Positions 1 through 12,840 of a DNA stretch of 64,000 bases are shown in pieces. The translations under genes and the position numbers were made by a program. Positions within the stretch are counted from its first letter, which is position 1, and every line of letters begins with the position of its first letter. Below the pieces are notes generated by a model. The model saw only the letters and a list, made by a program, of their open reading frames with translations, was not told the origin of the DNA and ran no database searches. Source of the DNA: Octopus sinensis (Eukaryota); the NCBI RefSeq assembly GCF_006345805.1, contig NC_043001.1, positions 71,796,001-71,860,000 on the forward strand, read 5' to 3'.

Positions 1-345
1 TCAGTTTTAGGAATGTCAAATCGGCATTTTTTCCCTTTCCATAAATTCTCCAAAAGGTTTTGCTGCATGAATGCATTTGAAAATTACTGACTAAATTGTA
101 AAGATTAGGGCTTGATACTGAACATGGCAATCTGAAAATAATATTGTGTTCTATAAATTTTTGAATTATTTCTGGAGAATCTTTGTCATAAATAGATGCT
201 TAATCCACCCAAATTTTCACACGAACATGACAAACTCCTCTGTGGTGATACCCTATTCCCCAAAAATAATGTGTGGTGTTGCCACAATTTGGATTGTTTT
301 TGCCAAAAACACTTTATTCATTACAGTCTGTAATCGGCGATAAAA
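1..345 (-). mobile_element. Degenerate Helitron/Helentron Rep (HUH rolling-circle initiator) fragment, running off the left edge
   Basis: Manual minus-strand translation gives ..VFGKNNPNCGNTTHYFWGIGYHHRGVCHVRVKIWVD*ASIYDKDSPEIIQKFIEHNII..LYNLVSNFQMHSCSKT..(frameshift)KCRFDIP. This resembles Rep motif 2 (YFWxxEYQxRGxPHxH), the QxHxC motif and CRFxFP. Stops and frameshifts are present. Confidence 0.75.
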
Positions 346-544
346 CTATAACTGCAAAAACATCATTTAAAACAGAAAAGGCTTGATTTCATAGTTTGAA
401 GATATGCATTTCTCTAAACAAACTTTGAAGCGGCCACTGAGTTGGTATTTTAAAGAAAATTGAGGAAATTCCAAATGAAGAATAGCTGTGAAATCAGCTT
501 AGAAGTTTGAGTAAATACCCTTAGAAAACAGGAAAAAAGTAATT

Positions 545-637
545 GGCCTGCGAACCGCCTCAAAGGATCGAACCTTGTATCTTTCAAATTCCGGGTAAAT
601 ACCCTGTACTATTGAGTTAAGTAACCCTCGACCTCGC
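545..637 (-). mobile_element. tRNA-derived SINE head or tRNA-like relic
   Basis: The minus strand has an A-box-like TAACTCAATAGT and a B-box GGTTCGATCC at tRNA spacing. No clean cloverleaf was seen. Confidence 0.45.
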
Positions 638-1269
638 AGAGTAACTTTTATAACGCTAAATATTTTAAAATGACAAAAATATTTTGATTTAGAATGATCA
701 CCTTTTTCGTCCCTCCAGGCAACAGAACTTTGTAGCTAATATTTTCTGATGAGGTTTTCGCCATAAGATTCCTTTCATAGAGCTCTTTCATTTAAAGACA
801 ACTAGTGTAAAGTTTTCTTTTACAACAGCTTAAATGTTTTGATTTAAAGTAAATTTTGGGGGTTACTTACCATTTTTTACGTCACCTAAAGCCACACTAT
901 TTTTTTTTTCGTAGCAAATATGTTTAAAGAAATTTTCACCTAAAGATTCTTCTCATTGAGTACATTCTTATAAGTCCAATTAATCTATACTTTTCTTTTA
1001 AAATAACTGCAATATTTCGATTCAAAGTCAAATTTTGGCCTTACTCTCCCATTTTTAACCTTACATTTTGACCTAACATTTTTTTCTTATGAGCAGATTT
1101 CAATTACTTTATTTTTAAATATAGCTTAGGACCGGACCACCATTGCGAAAGAGACCACATTCAATTTGGTTGAGGAGTGAATTAGCGATGAAGTCTAGAG
1201 TTGCCTGCGAGTGACTTAAATTTGACCTTATTCACCTACTACAGTGGGTGGATGATATGTGTATATCCA

Positions 1270-1273
<4 letters not shown>

Positions 1274-1338
<65 letters not shown>
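1274..1338. repeat. (CT)n microsatellite
   Basis: Directly visible perfect tract. Confidence 0.98.
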
Positions 1339-1342
<4 letters not shown>

Positions 1343-1399
1343 ATATATATAAAGGTGTGTTGTTTAGTTGTTAGGGTACTGAACTCACGATGACAAGAT

Positions 1400-2210
1400 C
1401 GTTGTTTCAATTCCTGTAGCGGACGATTAATTGTGTTCTTAAGGAAAACACTCCATTTCAAGCTGTCCTGCAATCAAATCTACATCAGATACGTGGCACA
1501 CTGTGCGCCGGTAGAGGCTATGTCGATTTGATGAAGGGAATAAGCTAATGTACACCACAAACATTTGATCACTCTGCAAGTTGTTCAGCACTAAGATTTA
1601 ACAACCGCGAATATCGCTATTGATATCTATTATAGTAATGTTTCTAATAATCCTTGTGATTACCTTTATGGATATCTGTCCTAGCTAAGATTCTAATAAT
1701 AGTTGTTAATACAGGTGCTGATAGCTCTTCATAGCTATCTTTCTAATGAAGTATGATTCAGAATAAAATCTATTTACCGAATCCGTCCCAGTTGTTACAA
1801 ATCCAAACCGATAAACTTCAACATTCTTCTTGTACTTCTCTATATTCAATCCATATCCATCTTCGAAAATCTTAACGACTCTTTCAATCGTCCTCCATGT
1901 GTTTCAATCTATTCACAGTCCGCATGTCTCCTATGTGAAAAAAAAAACCATTAAAATATCTTGCTCGGCCGTGGTGGAGACATTTGTTTCTTGAGCAAGA
2001 TTGTGAATGATTTTCGACTGTGACTATGTTGCTTGGCTGGTTCCGTTTGTTTCATACTGTTTATAACGTGTTCCTCATTGATATTCTTAGTTTGAGTTTC
2101 ACAGATAGAGCAGGTTTCCTTTAGGAAGACTCTTCCTCCGAAGTATTTCTCAATGCTGGTATCAAAGACATTTGATGGGACATATATGTCAATCTCTGAG
2201 ATTGGTAAGG
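1400..2210 (-). mobile_element. Possible highly degenerate Ty3/Gypsy integrase remnant
   Basis: Scattered minus-strand peptides (TIERVVK, QGLLETLL, SAEQLAE*SNVCGVH, LAY..STG..YLM) occur in the order expected for a Gypsy integrase. There are many stops and frameshifts. Confidence 0.3.
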
Positions 2211-2225
2211 CCTAGAGCAGCAACC

Positions 2226-2910
2226 TTATATGGTCTGCATAATATAAATCTGTGTATTATAGTCTATGTAAGATAGTCTGTGTAGTATGTATATGTAATA
2301 TAGTTTGTGTAATACATGTTTGTGTAAAGGTGGTGAGCTGACAGAAACGTTAGCACGCCGGGCGAAATACTTAACGGTAGTTCGTCTGTCTTTACATTCT
2401 GAGTTCAAATTCCGCCGAGATCGACTTTACCTTTCATCCTTTCGGGGTCGATAAATTAAGTACCAGTTACGCACTGGGGTCGATGTGATCGACTTAAACC
2501 TTGTTTGTCCTTGTTTGTCCTTGTTTGTCCCCTCTATGTTTAGCCCCTTGTGGGCAATAAAAAGAAAAGAAACGTTAGCACGTCGGGCGAAATGCTTAGA
2601 GGTATTTCGTCTGCCTTTACGTTCTGAGTTCAAATTCCGCTGAGGTCAACTTTGCCTTTCATCCTTTCGGAATCGATAAATTAAGTATTGGGGTTGATCT
2701 AATCGACTGGACCCCTTCCCTAAAACATTTGTGTATAAAGTAAAAAAGAATATATGCCTGTGTAATATACGTCTGTATGTTATAAACTGTGTTATATAAT
2801 GCGTAAAATATATGTCCGTGTAATTTGCGTCTGTGTAATACATATCTGTGTATTGCAGTCTGTGTAATATAGTCTGTGTAATATATGTCTGTATAATACA
2901 TGTCACACAC
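2226..2910. repeat. Degenerate ~14-bp minisatellite (TCTGTGTAATATAG-like) interrupted by a SINE
   Basis: Units are visible at ~2230-2325 and ~2725-2910 on both sides of the SINE. Confidence 0.7.
2327..2722 (+). mobile_element. SINE family A (tRNA-derived, dimer-like copy)
   Basis: Head GGTGAGCTGACAGAAACGTTAGCACGCCGGGCGAAA, B-box-like GAGTTCAAATTCC, body GTCGACTTTGCCTTTCATCCTTTCGGGGTCGATAAATTAAGTACCAG. The family recurs more than 10 times in the window. Confidence 0.9.
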
Positions 2911-3051
2911 GTAATTGGTAGTCCCTTCAGAGACGTTTTTCTAGCATTGTTCAACGTTTGTATATATTTTATGCATTAAACGCATTATTTCATATGTATG
3001 TATATGTGTATATGTGTATATAGATAGATATACATATATATACATACATAT

Positions 3052-3114
<63 letters not shown>

Positions 3115-3969
3115 GCTCACACACACACACACGCACAAACACACGCAGACATAATGCAGCAGCCTAAGACGAGAGTCGAGACATACATTATAGTGTTGCT
3201 GAGCAATCGTACTACTGATGACACCAAATAGATTCTGAACGAATTCACCTTAACAACCGCTCATGTCCTGTGAAAATCACACTCATGAATTTGGACAGTC
3301 TTAGGGAGGCATACACTTGTTAGATATTCAATACTAAGCTAAGCTAACCTCGATTCTGGAATTCTTCGACGCAAGTGCATCATTTGCATCAGCCTCTATT
3401 CGATCCACACCCCATGAATAAATTTCGGTGGGTAGACGAAAACTGTAAAGAAGCCCGTCAGCTGGAATGAACCTGTATTTCAAAGAGTATAATGCTGTCC
3501 ACTCTGATACTGCCTTAGAATTATGTTAAGTGCACATGACAACCAGATCGTGCAACAGGTTGTACGGGGTTCCATGTTACCAGTAGCACTCATGGGGGAC
3601 CTCAAAAATGACCGGAAACAAGTGTGCCGGGTCACTTATAAGGTCTGTCTTATATATGTAGATACAAACATACATAAATATACACATACGCACACACACA
3701 CACACACATATGTATGTGTGTATATATGTATGTAGGTATGTATTTATGTATGTATGTATGTATGTATGTATGTATGTATGTATGTGTATATGTATATAAT
3801 CTCAGAAACCTTAAATTAGAAAAAGAAACACGGGCACTTGTGTTTGCTAATAGAGTGGGTATATTAATATTTATACTACCTATACAATACTAGAGATCTA
3901 TTTCGGCCGATTTTACCGCTTGGTTGAAATGAATCAATAACGCGGGATAACATATGTATGTTTCTTCTA

Positions 3970-5676
3970 TTTTTTAATTATCATAAATCTTCCACTGAGG
4001 TTAGAGCCGGTTTCCAAGATACAAGATTCCATCTTTGGGATGTGGCTAATACAAATTCACATCTGGAACTTGAGAAAAGTCTTGCAAATTTTTACTGTTC
4101 CACCCACAGATTGCACTTGTAATGTACGAATCATCCAGACAGTTTCTCTTTCTGAAAATCCCAATTTATCCAGATTCTCCTTTAAGCATTTATTAACAAA
4201 ACCTAGTGCTCCAATTATTATTGGCATGTATATGAATTCATAGTCTGGATATAGAGACTGGAGGTTTCGAGTCAGTTGTCCTTAGATATCCTCTTTTTCT
4301 TTGATTTTCAAAGAGATATTTATATCTGCAAGGCAGCTGACCTCTATGATAGTACATACCTTTACCCCTCTGTCCCAAACAACAATATCTGGCCTGTTAT
4401 GTTAACATTTGATAGAACTTTTGATGGGAATATTCCACCAGTATTCCTTGACTTGGTGTTTATGAATATATTCCATAACAGGGGGATTTTCTAAGTTTAT
4501 TTCAGGGCAGTCTTTTTTGCGGATGGCATTGTAAATTGTTTTAGCAACAACATTGTGCCGCATAGGGAGATAGTATCGTGAAGACATTTTAGGACAGCTG
4601 CTAATCACATGGCTAATGTCTACCACAGAAACATGATATAGCCGATACATGCGGTTGCACCTTAGGATTACAAGATCGTCACTGTCTCTCTTGTTCACCA
4701 GGTACTTGGTGGCGATCTATTCCTGGATTGTAAACGCATTGCCTTCAAAGTGTGATGTGAAGTGGTGGTCTTGTGTCCAAGAGAGGCTGTGCTTCGTGTC
4801 AATTCTACTGTCTTCTTTAAGCTTCCGGGAAACATACGCATTTTTTTTTTTTTTTTTTTTTTTTTGCATGCCGAGTGCTTTCCATCCAGTTCTTCTCTGA
4901 GGTAAGAAAGCCCGGCTGTTTGGGAGTTGTATAGGAGGTCATCAGGAAGAGAGTGTTGAGAAGTTTACTGCCAACTCCTACAATGTTGCTCACTTCACTT
5001 TTCAGCACTGCATTAATATATTTATTTTTGCTACTGTTGTTTAGCAGGTGCTGCCTGAGTGATACCATACGGCATTCGAAGGCCGTCTGCACTGATCTCA
5101 AGCCTCTACCACCTTCATTTCTTCTTAGGTAGAGCCTGTCAACATCGCTGTTTCCGTGGAAGTTCCCAGTTGTCGGATTTTACAGGTTTTGATATCTATA
5201 GAGTGGATTTCCTCTATAGACAAATCAAGAATCCCAATTGTTGGGATCAGCACTGGTACTGAAAATGCATTGTGGGATATTGTTTTGTTCCGATGGCCAT
5301 ATTTTCCCAAGACTAGTGTAATATTCTCAGGTGATCCTATCTTTATTCACAGTGCCTTCATATGATACATTTTCGTCTATGCTTAGGTACTTGTAACATT
5401 CTTTGTGTGGAATGGTGGAGGTAGAGTGACCGTTGATGCACAGCCTTTGGGTTTGGGGGACTGACTTGCCTCGTTCTATAACCAAATACGAACATTTCTT
5501 TTGGCCAAATTCCATGCCTATATCAGCTGAAAATGTTGCAATTAATTCCTGTTGCTTTTTGGCATCGTTAACACTTTTAGCATAAATCTTCAGGTCGTCT
5601 ACAAAGAAATTATGATTTCCATTGATATTTTTAGCAGTTGTAGATCCTAGCATGTAACCATTTGTTTTCTGCCTTA
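3970..5676 (-). mobile_element. 5'-truncated, degenerate R4-clade (RLE) non-LTR retrotransposon: RT C-terminal half, CCHC knuckle and PD-(D/E)xK endonuclease
   Basis: [11 protein letters not shown] (YxDD), [27 protein letters not shown], decayed knuckle YRLYHVSVVDISHVISSC, HNRPDIVVWD, PIIIGALG and GTVKICKTFL. Several stops and frameshifts. Confidence 0.92.
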
Positions 5677-5737
5677 TGTATGCATGTATGTATGTATATA
5701 TATAAATATGTGTGTATATATTATATATATATATGTA

Positions 5738-5770
<33 letters not shown>

Positions 5771-5909
5771 ATGTATATATATATGCATACATATATATAT
5801 GTATGTATATATATGTACATATATATATGTATATATATATGTATATATGTATATATATATATGTATATACATATATATATATATGTATTCACACACACAC
5901 ACACACACA

Positions 5910-5972
<63 letters not shown>

Positions 5973-6243
5973 AGTAGTTGAATGAATTATCTTATTAAGG
6001 ATAATTCGAAAGATAACCGATACCTGGGTAGCAAATTCACATCAGAAAGAACACGTTGAAGTTACATTTTATGCCTCCCTCCTCCTACTTCGTTTGAAGC
6101 CTTGAACCTTTAGATCCTTCTAGATTCTTCTACATTCAGCCACTCTGACGTCACTTCTTATAAACAGACACTCATTATTGCCATGGGCTCCTTGAGAGCA
6201 GTCACCTAAAAGTTTTTTGTGCATTTTGATGTCGACATAAGTT

Positions 6244-6333
6244 CCTTGCCTTTCCTGATGAGAATCTGTATAATTACTCCTATTCCTTCGGAATTAGGAA
6301 TATGCAGCTTCGAAACATATGTCGAAAATAAGG
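6244..6333 (+). ncRNA. Type I hammerhead ribozyme with intact core, probably part of a Penelope-like pseudo-LTR
   Basis: CTGATGA at 6255-6261. Long stem II closed by GAA/TTC. GAAA at 6312-6315. Palindromic stem III ACATATGT. GTC cleavage triplet ending at 6323. Stem I pairs TTTC/GAAA plus CCTT/AAGG. Confidence 0.8.
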
Positions 6334-6377
6334 AAATTTGTTAACAAGTCGTTCAACTCCATTCTTTCATAACTTTT

Positions 6378-6454
<77 letters not shown>

Positions 6455-7299
6455 CTTTAAATGATAACAGCAACAACTACCGACACGAACAACAAATACT
6501 TCTAAATTCATATGCTACCTGCGACCTCGTAAATATTTTTCTAATTTTTTCTAAATTCATTTGCTTTTTAGAACTAAATCGAAATTTACTCCTGAGTTAT
6601 CAGAAAGCCTGTAAAATTCATGTCATCAGTTATAATGATAAAAGGATTTTTTTATGATTAAAGGATTGCTGGAATGAAGTTCACCCAAAGACAAACGTTT
6701 TAATGGTTAAGCAAATTCGGCAACACATATATTTTACTGTCTCATAAATAGAGGTTACAGATATCAGTTGTTAATCCAATACCTGTTACTTAATCGATTT
6801 TATGAATTCACCACAAATCTGGTGAGAATGTACCAACAAATAAGACGATAATAAACAAGTGAATAAAGATGAAACGCTTTCTATCGAGAAATTGAAAAAC
6901 GGAAAATAAATCATCACTGGTCTACAAAAGACTATCAGTTATGTTTCAATATTTATCTAATGTACACAAAGAAACAGCCTACCATTTGTCTCCAATAAAA
7001 ATAGTGAAGGAAAGCATCATGGCGCTCCCCCATATGGGCTGGTTTGTCTCTGGATTATATTAACTGGGTAGAGTTAGTCTGTGAGGTGTTGGATAAGCCT
7101 TATTGAACCTAAAATTTTAGGTTGCGAGATCGCCGACGAGGTGACTTCCCGAGGCCAGTTGAGTAGGAGGACACTGCAGCGAGCATACAAGCCGCAAGCA
7201 GGTAAAGTCGACCGCGAGTGCAATAAACTTATACACAGGTATTTCTTACATTTTACATGGGCAATATATATATATTAAGAAAAATCTTACTTAGAAAAG

Positions 7300-7859
7300 G
7301 ATGCGTCCGTTCCGTCATATAATAAATTAATAAATAAAACATGCATATATACATGCATATATGGGTACAGGACACCAAAAAAACGTCGAACACAATGAGA
7401 AACGAAAATATAAACACAAAAACAAGGAAATGGACATACATGACTTCAATAAAACTTTCCTTCCTGCGAAAATCAAATTAAATAAAATCTGTCGTTACTG
7501 TCCTGTTTTTGTTACCATTTTTACCCCTCCGCAAAAAAATCTCAAATTTTATTTAATTTGATTTTCGCGGCAAGGAAAGTTTTATTGAAGTCATGTATCG
7601 CCTTGACCTTCGAAACGTGGAGTAGATGAAACTAAGGCGACTGAAGAAGTTGAATTTTCCTTGTTTTGTATGTCTTGTACTCCATTTTTTCGTTGTTTAA
7701 AAGAAATGTCCACTTCCTTGTTTTTGTGTTTATGTTTTCGTTTCTCATTGTGTTCGGCGTTTTTTTGGTGTCCTGTACCCATATATGCATGTATATATAT
7801 ACATGTAGAGGTAGGTACGTACATTTATGTATGTATATATGCATATGGTTTATTTATAA

Positions 7860-7860
<1 letters not shown>
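7300..7860. mobile_element. Inverted-repeat structure made of two outward-facing Penelope-like pLTR ends
   Basis: ~7345-7437 is the reverse complement of ~7706-7795, and 7436-7488 is the reverse complement of 7546-7598. Same family as 9780-10560. The Penelope assignment is by analogy with 38805-40995. Confidence 0.65.
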
Positions 7861-7910
<50 letters not shown>

Positions 7911-7935
7911 TATTATAATTAAGGGCTAAAGAAGG

Positions 7936-7996
<61 letters not shown>

Positions 7997-8004
7997 ATAT
8001 ATAT

Positions 8005-8520
8005 ATTATTGTGTCTGGAGATAGTCATTCTTTTTAGTGCCTTATTATTTATAATACCGGTTAAATAATCGAACTCACCGGTTCGATTTCCACTCATTCA
8101 GTTATTATTTTTCCTAATTTTTGTTGCGTCTTGCAATCTTTTCAATAGTCGTTGACTCTGTCCGTTATCAGAGCTGCATTTTTTGTTTATTTGTTTGTGC
8201 GCATGTGCATGCGTCAGTGTGCATGTGTATACATACATGTATGTATTTATGTATGTGCTAGTGTGTGTGTGTGTGTGTGCATGTTTCTATGTGTGTGTAT
8301 TTGTGTGTACCTCTGTCTCCTTGTGGGTACATGTTTGAGTGTGTCTGTGTGTATGAGTTTGTGTGACGATGTACATGCGTCTGTTATGTATGGATGTGTG
8401 TCTCCATGTGTGTCTTTGTGTGTGTGTGAAGTGTGAGTGTGTGTGTATATGGTCATGTGCTTTAGTCTTCATTTGTGTATGTGTGTGTTTGTCTGTCCGT
8501 ATTACCTATGTACCTACCTA
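8005..8520 (-). mobile_element. Penelope-like 3' end/pLTR (same family as the arms of 38805-40995)
   Basis: Begins TTATTGTGTCTGGAGATAGTCATTC.. and is colinear with 38805-39500. Confidence 0.75.
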
Positions 8521-8557
8521 TCTATTTATCTATCTGTTTATTTACATATCCATTTAC

Positions 8558-8599
<42 letters not shown>

Positions 8600-8960
8600 A
8601 CACACACACACACACAAATACAAAATGGGACAAGAACGCAAAACATCCAGACAACTAGGTGATACAAAAAAGGACAAAAAAACATCCAGATAGACGATAC
8701 AAAGAAAACAAGGACGAGTCATTCGAATTTTTCTATCTTCAGTCAAGAACCAGATTATTCTCGCAATTTCGGTTGATTATTCTTGAGATTGCTCCACTCT
8801 GGCCAGCCCCAAGGAAAAACTAAGCTAAGAACATTAGATTCCTTGGAAGAAAGCATCGAATGTAGACAAAAACAAGGACGGAAAAAAAGGACAATGTTAC
8901 ACAAATATAAATACAATGAAAAAATATAAATACAATAAAAATAACAGACATAACAATAGG
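8600..8960 (-). mobile_element. Penelope-like pLTR remnant (related to 36135-37044)
   Basis: The minus strand shares GGTTCTTGACTGAAGA..TTCGAATG..GTCC and TTCTTCCAAGGAATCTA..CTTAGTTTTT with the 36.8-37.0 kb segment. Confidence 0.6.
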
Positions 8961-8965
8961 TGTCT

Positions 8966-9097
<132 letters not shown>

Positions 9098-9637
9098 CAT
9101 ATATACATACATACATATATACATACATACATATACACACATACATACATACATACATACATACATACATACATACATACATACCTGTCTGTAGCTGTGC
9201 ACATGTGTGTTTGTATAATCTGAGCCAAATAATCTTAAGCTGTTGAGTATAAGACGCTTCTTTGATTCATAATAGGAAAAAAAAACCACTACACTGAAAG
9301 AAACTGTTTCGCATCTGCATGTCTGTTGTTGGCGATACTATCATATGTAATCGTAAAAGTATATGTTCCTATTCACGAAGTAGTCTATTATTGCTTCAAT
9401 GAAAAAATCGGATTACCATTTCATGCATGTACTGTGAACTGGCCGCAACGTGTATTGTTACAAGGGATTACTGTTATTATTGATATATCCTGTTAATCTC
9501 TCAGGGTGTATACTTTTTTTAATACAACTTTTAATTTGGCTAGAAAATTATTTAAATGTTACTGGTAATAATGAATACACATAAAATGCACATCCATACG
9601 TATGTGCGAACGTATATAATATGTATATGTGTGTATT

Positions 9638-9696
<59 letters not shown>

Positions 9697-9734
9697 ATAT
9701 ATATATATATGTAGTATGTATATTATATACATAT

Positions 9735-9779
<45 letters not shown>

Positions 9780-10560
9780 TTACTTGGAGAACAGAAAGGA
9801 AACGAAACGAAACGACGCGAGGGCACTCAGTCATGCAAATATTTAATAAATAAAATATATGCATACATACATACATACATATATGTACGTACCTACATCT
9901 ACATGTATATATACATGCATATATAAATATATATACGTGAGTACAGGACACCAGAAATAGACGTAGAACTCAACGAGAGACGAAAACGTAAAAACAAACA
10001 TGGAAACGGACCTTTTTAACAACGAAAAAACAGAGTACGAGACAAACAACACAAGGAAAATTCTCCTTTATCAGCTGTCCCTAGTTCGACTCCATGCGTG
10101 TTTCGAAGGTAAGGACAGAACACAACTCCTCGAACTGGTCCTTCCTGCGAAAGAATTAAATAAAATTCCTTTGCAGAGGGGTAAAAACAAGGAAAGAAAA
10201 AAATATTACAAAAACAGGACGTAAAAATAATACAAATAAAAATGCGAATAAAAAAATAAATACAAAATAAAAATACAAATACAAAAAATACAGTACAAGA
10301 AATCAAAACAAACAGGAAAACAAACAATGAGGGCCTTTTTTTAGCCTAGACGAGGAAAAATTTAAGAGCGCAAGAAAAAAGCGTGTTCACTTGTAGGAGG
10401 TTACCAGCGGTTTTTACGTTTTCGTCTCTCGTTGAGTTCTACGTCTATTTGTGGTCTCCTGTACTCACGTATATATATTTATATATGCATGTATATATAC
10501 ATGTAGATGTAGGTACGTACATATATGTATGTATGTATGCATATATTTTATTTATAATAT
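9780..10560. mobile_element. Inverted-repeat Penelope-like pLTR structure
   Basis: ~9845-9993 is the near-perfect reverse complement of ~10410-10555. The ORF track gives the same peptide (FTFSSLVEFYVY..VDVGTYIYVCMY) on both strands. Confidence 0.7.
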
Positions 10561-10565
10561 ATATA

Positions 10566-10599
<34 letters not shown>

Positions 10600-11487
10600 C
10601 CTATTCATGCATATGTATACATAAGTATGTATAAGTTTTATTGTGGAAAGAAATTATTATGGAAAGAACTATATGTACATTTAGAAAACGACACACGGAT
10701 ACGCTCGCGTACAGAATTATGCGATCATACACACCACAAACTATCTCACATACGTAGATAAGCACATACAAAGTTGTACACATATTTACATACGTACACA
10801 CACATACGTAGTTAAATAGATATAGATATAGATATGTGTATATGTATATATCGCATGTATGCTGATACACTTACCATCATGTACATAAATATATATGTAT
10901 GCATATTATATATATATAATATAGAGAGAGAGAGAGAGAGACAGAGACAGAGAGAGAGAGAGACAGAGAGAGAGGGAGAGGACATACTTTTCATCTATAT
11001 ACACACAAACCACACACAAATGCATGCATATACATATATATATATATACATACATACCTACATACATATATATACACACATAAATGCTACATCACTATTT
11101 TCTTACCCACAAGCCTATGCAAACTTTATCACAGAAAAATGAAAGTAATTCCCTGTCTACATCACCTTAATATTTTCTCTTTGATTATTTTTCTTTCATT
11201 TTGTTTCATTTTATTTATTTTTATTTTCTTGGTATTTTAATGGATTTATTTTTATCTTTCATCTTTCCTTTTTCATCTTTTCATTCCAGCCCTGTTATCT
11301 TATTTCTCTTCTCATTTAGAATCTTCACTGATGGGCAATAGTGTGTTGGGAGTAGGTGCGGGTGGTGATATATACATTTTTGAACGTAGTAGAGGTAGGT
11401 GTTGGTTTCGTTATAATATAAAATCATATTTACATCATGAACACATTGGAAAAAGCAATTTTCGGGCTTATCTGAAAACATTCAAGA

Positions 11488-11488
<1 letters not shown>

Positions 11489-11581
<93 letters not shown>
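11489..11581. repeat. (ATT)n microsatellite
   Basis: Perfect tract. Confidence 0.98.
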
Positions 11582-11766
11582 GATGTAGTTGTTGGTAATG
11601 TTATTATTGTTACTTCTACTTTCCGGACTTTTCCTTTTTATATGCGCTTTATTTTATATAATTTGTTCATTGATATATAATATACATATACATATACATA
11701 TATATATATACATACATATATATATATACATATATATATACATACATACATATATATATATAATAT

Positions 11767-11819
<53 letters not shown>

Positions 11820-12479
11820 ATATATATATGTTTGTATGTATGTTTGCATGTATGTATGTATATATATATACATACATATATTTAAAAATAAAAATATAAA
11901 TAAATGAATATATATATTCATTTATGCTTATTCATTTATTTTATATTCCCTTTATCTCGTTGTTTTTCTTTTATTATTATTATTACCATCATCATCATCA
12001 TCGTCATCATTATCATCCTCAGCATCATTGTAAGTTGTTTTTTACTTCTTACTTTCATGTTGTTTTTTATTTCTTTTTGGTAAAAATCTCATTTTTTAAA
12101 ATAAGGTGTAAAAAAAACACAGCTAAGAAGTTTCTTGATGACCGAAGAGAAGGAGAAATATACATAAGATAGTTTTAAAGGATATTAACTGAGATAGCAA
12201 GGATGTAATTGTCATGTCGGTGGTGATGGATATGGTTGAGGAATATTCCAAGTGGTGGTTAGCTTGTGTTTAAAAAAATGAAACTAGCACGTGAAAGAGA
12301 GAGGCTTTATGCCAAAAAGAATTTTTTTTTTTTTCATTAAATATGATGAGAGATGGTGATCATTTAGGTCTTCCTACAAATTGAATTGAAGGTATTACCT
12401 CCGTGTAACAGTTGATTGGATAAAGTGAGCAGGAGACATTGTAAAAATTGCCGTCCTCTCAACACCATTATCATGACCG

Positions 12480-12778
12480 CCAGTAGTTGTAGTAGTAGTA
12501 GTAGTTGTTGTTGTTGTTGTTGTTGTAGTGGTGGTGGTACTGGTAGTGGTGCTGGTAGTGGTGGTGGTAGTGGTGACTGGGATGTGGTTGTAAGAGGAGT
12601 TGTAGGAGTGGTAATGTTTTGAGGCTTGCAGTAGTGGTTGTAATAGTAGTTGTAGTTGTGGTAATGGTGGTGGTAGTGGTGGTAGTGGTGGTAGTGGTGT
12701 GGTGGTGGTGGTGATGGTGATGGTGGTACTAGTAGAGATGGTGGTTAGTGGTGGCGGCGGCGGCGGCAGCAGCAGCAT

Positions 12779-12817
<39 letters not shown>

Positions 12818-12840
12818 CAGCAGCAGCAGCAGTAGTAGAT
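12480..12840. repeat. Compound trinucleotide tract (GTA/GTT/GTG/GCA)
   Basis: Directly visible. Confidence 0.95.

Noticed and set aside
7080-7250. CpG-rich patch starting TG, with AATAAA and ending CA (solo-LTR-like), also readable as a small exon
   Set aside because: There is no target-site duplication and no second copy in the window.
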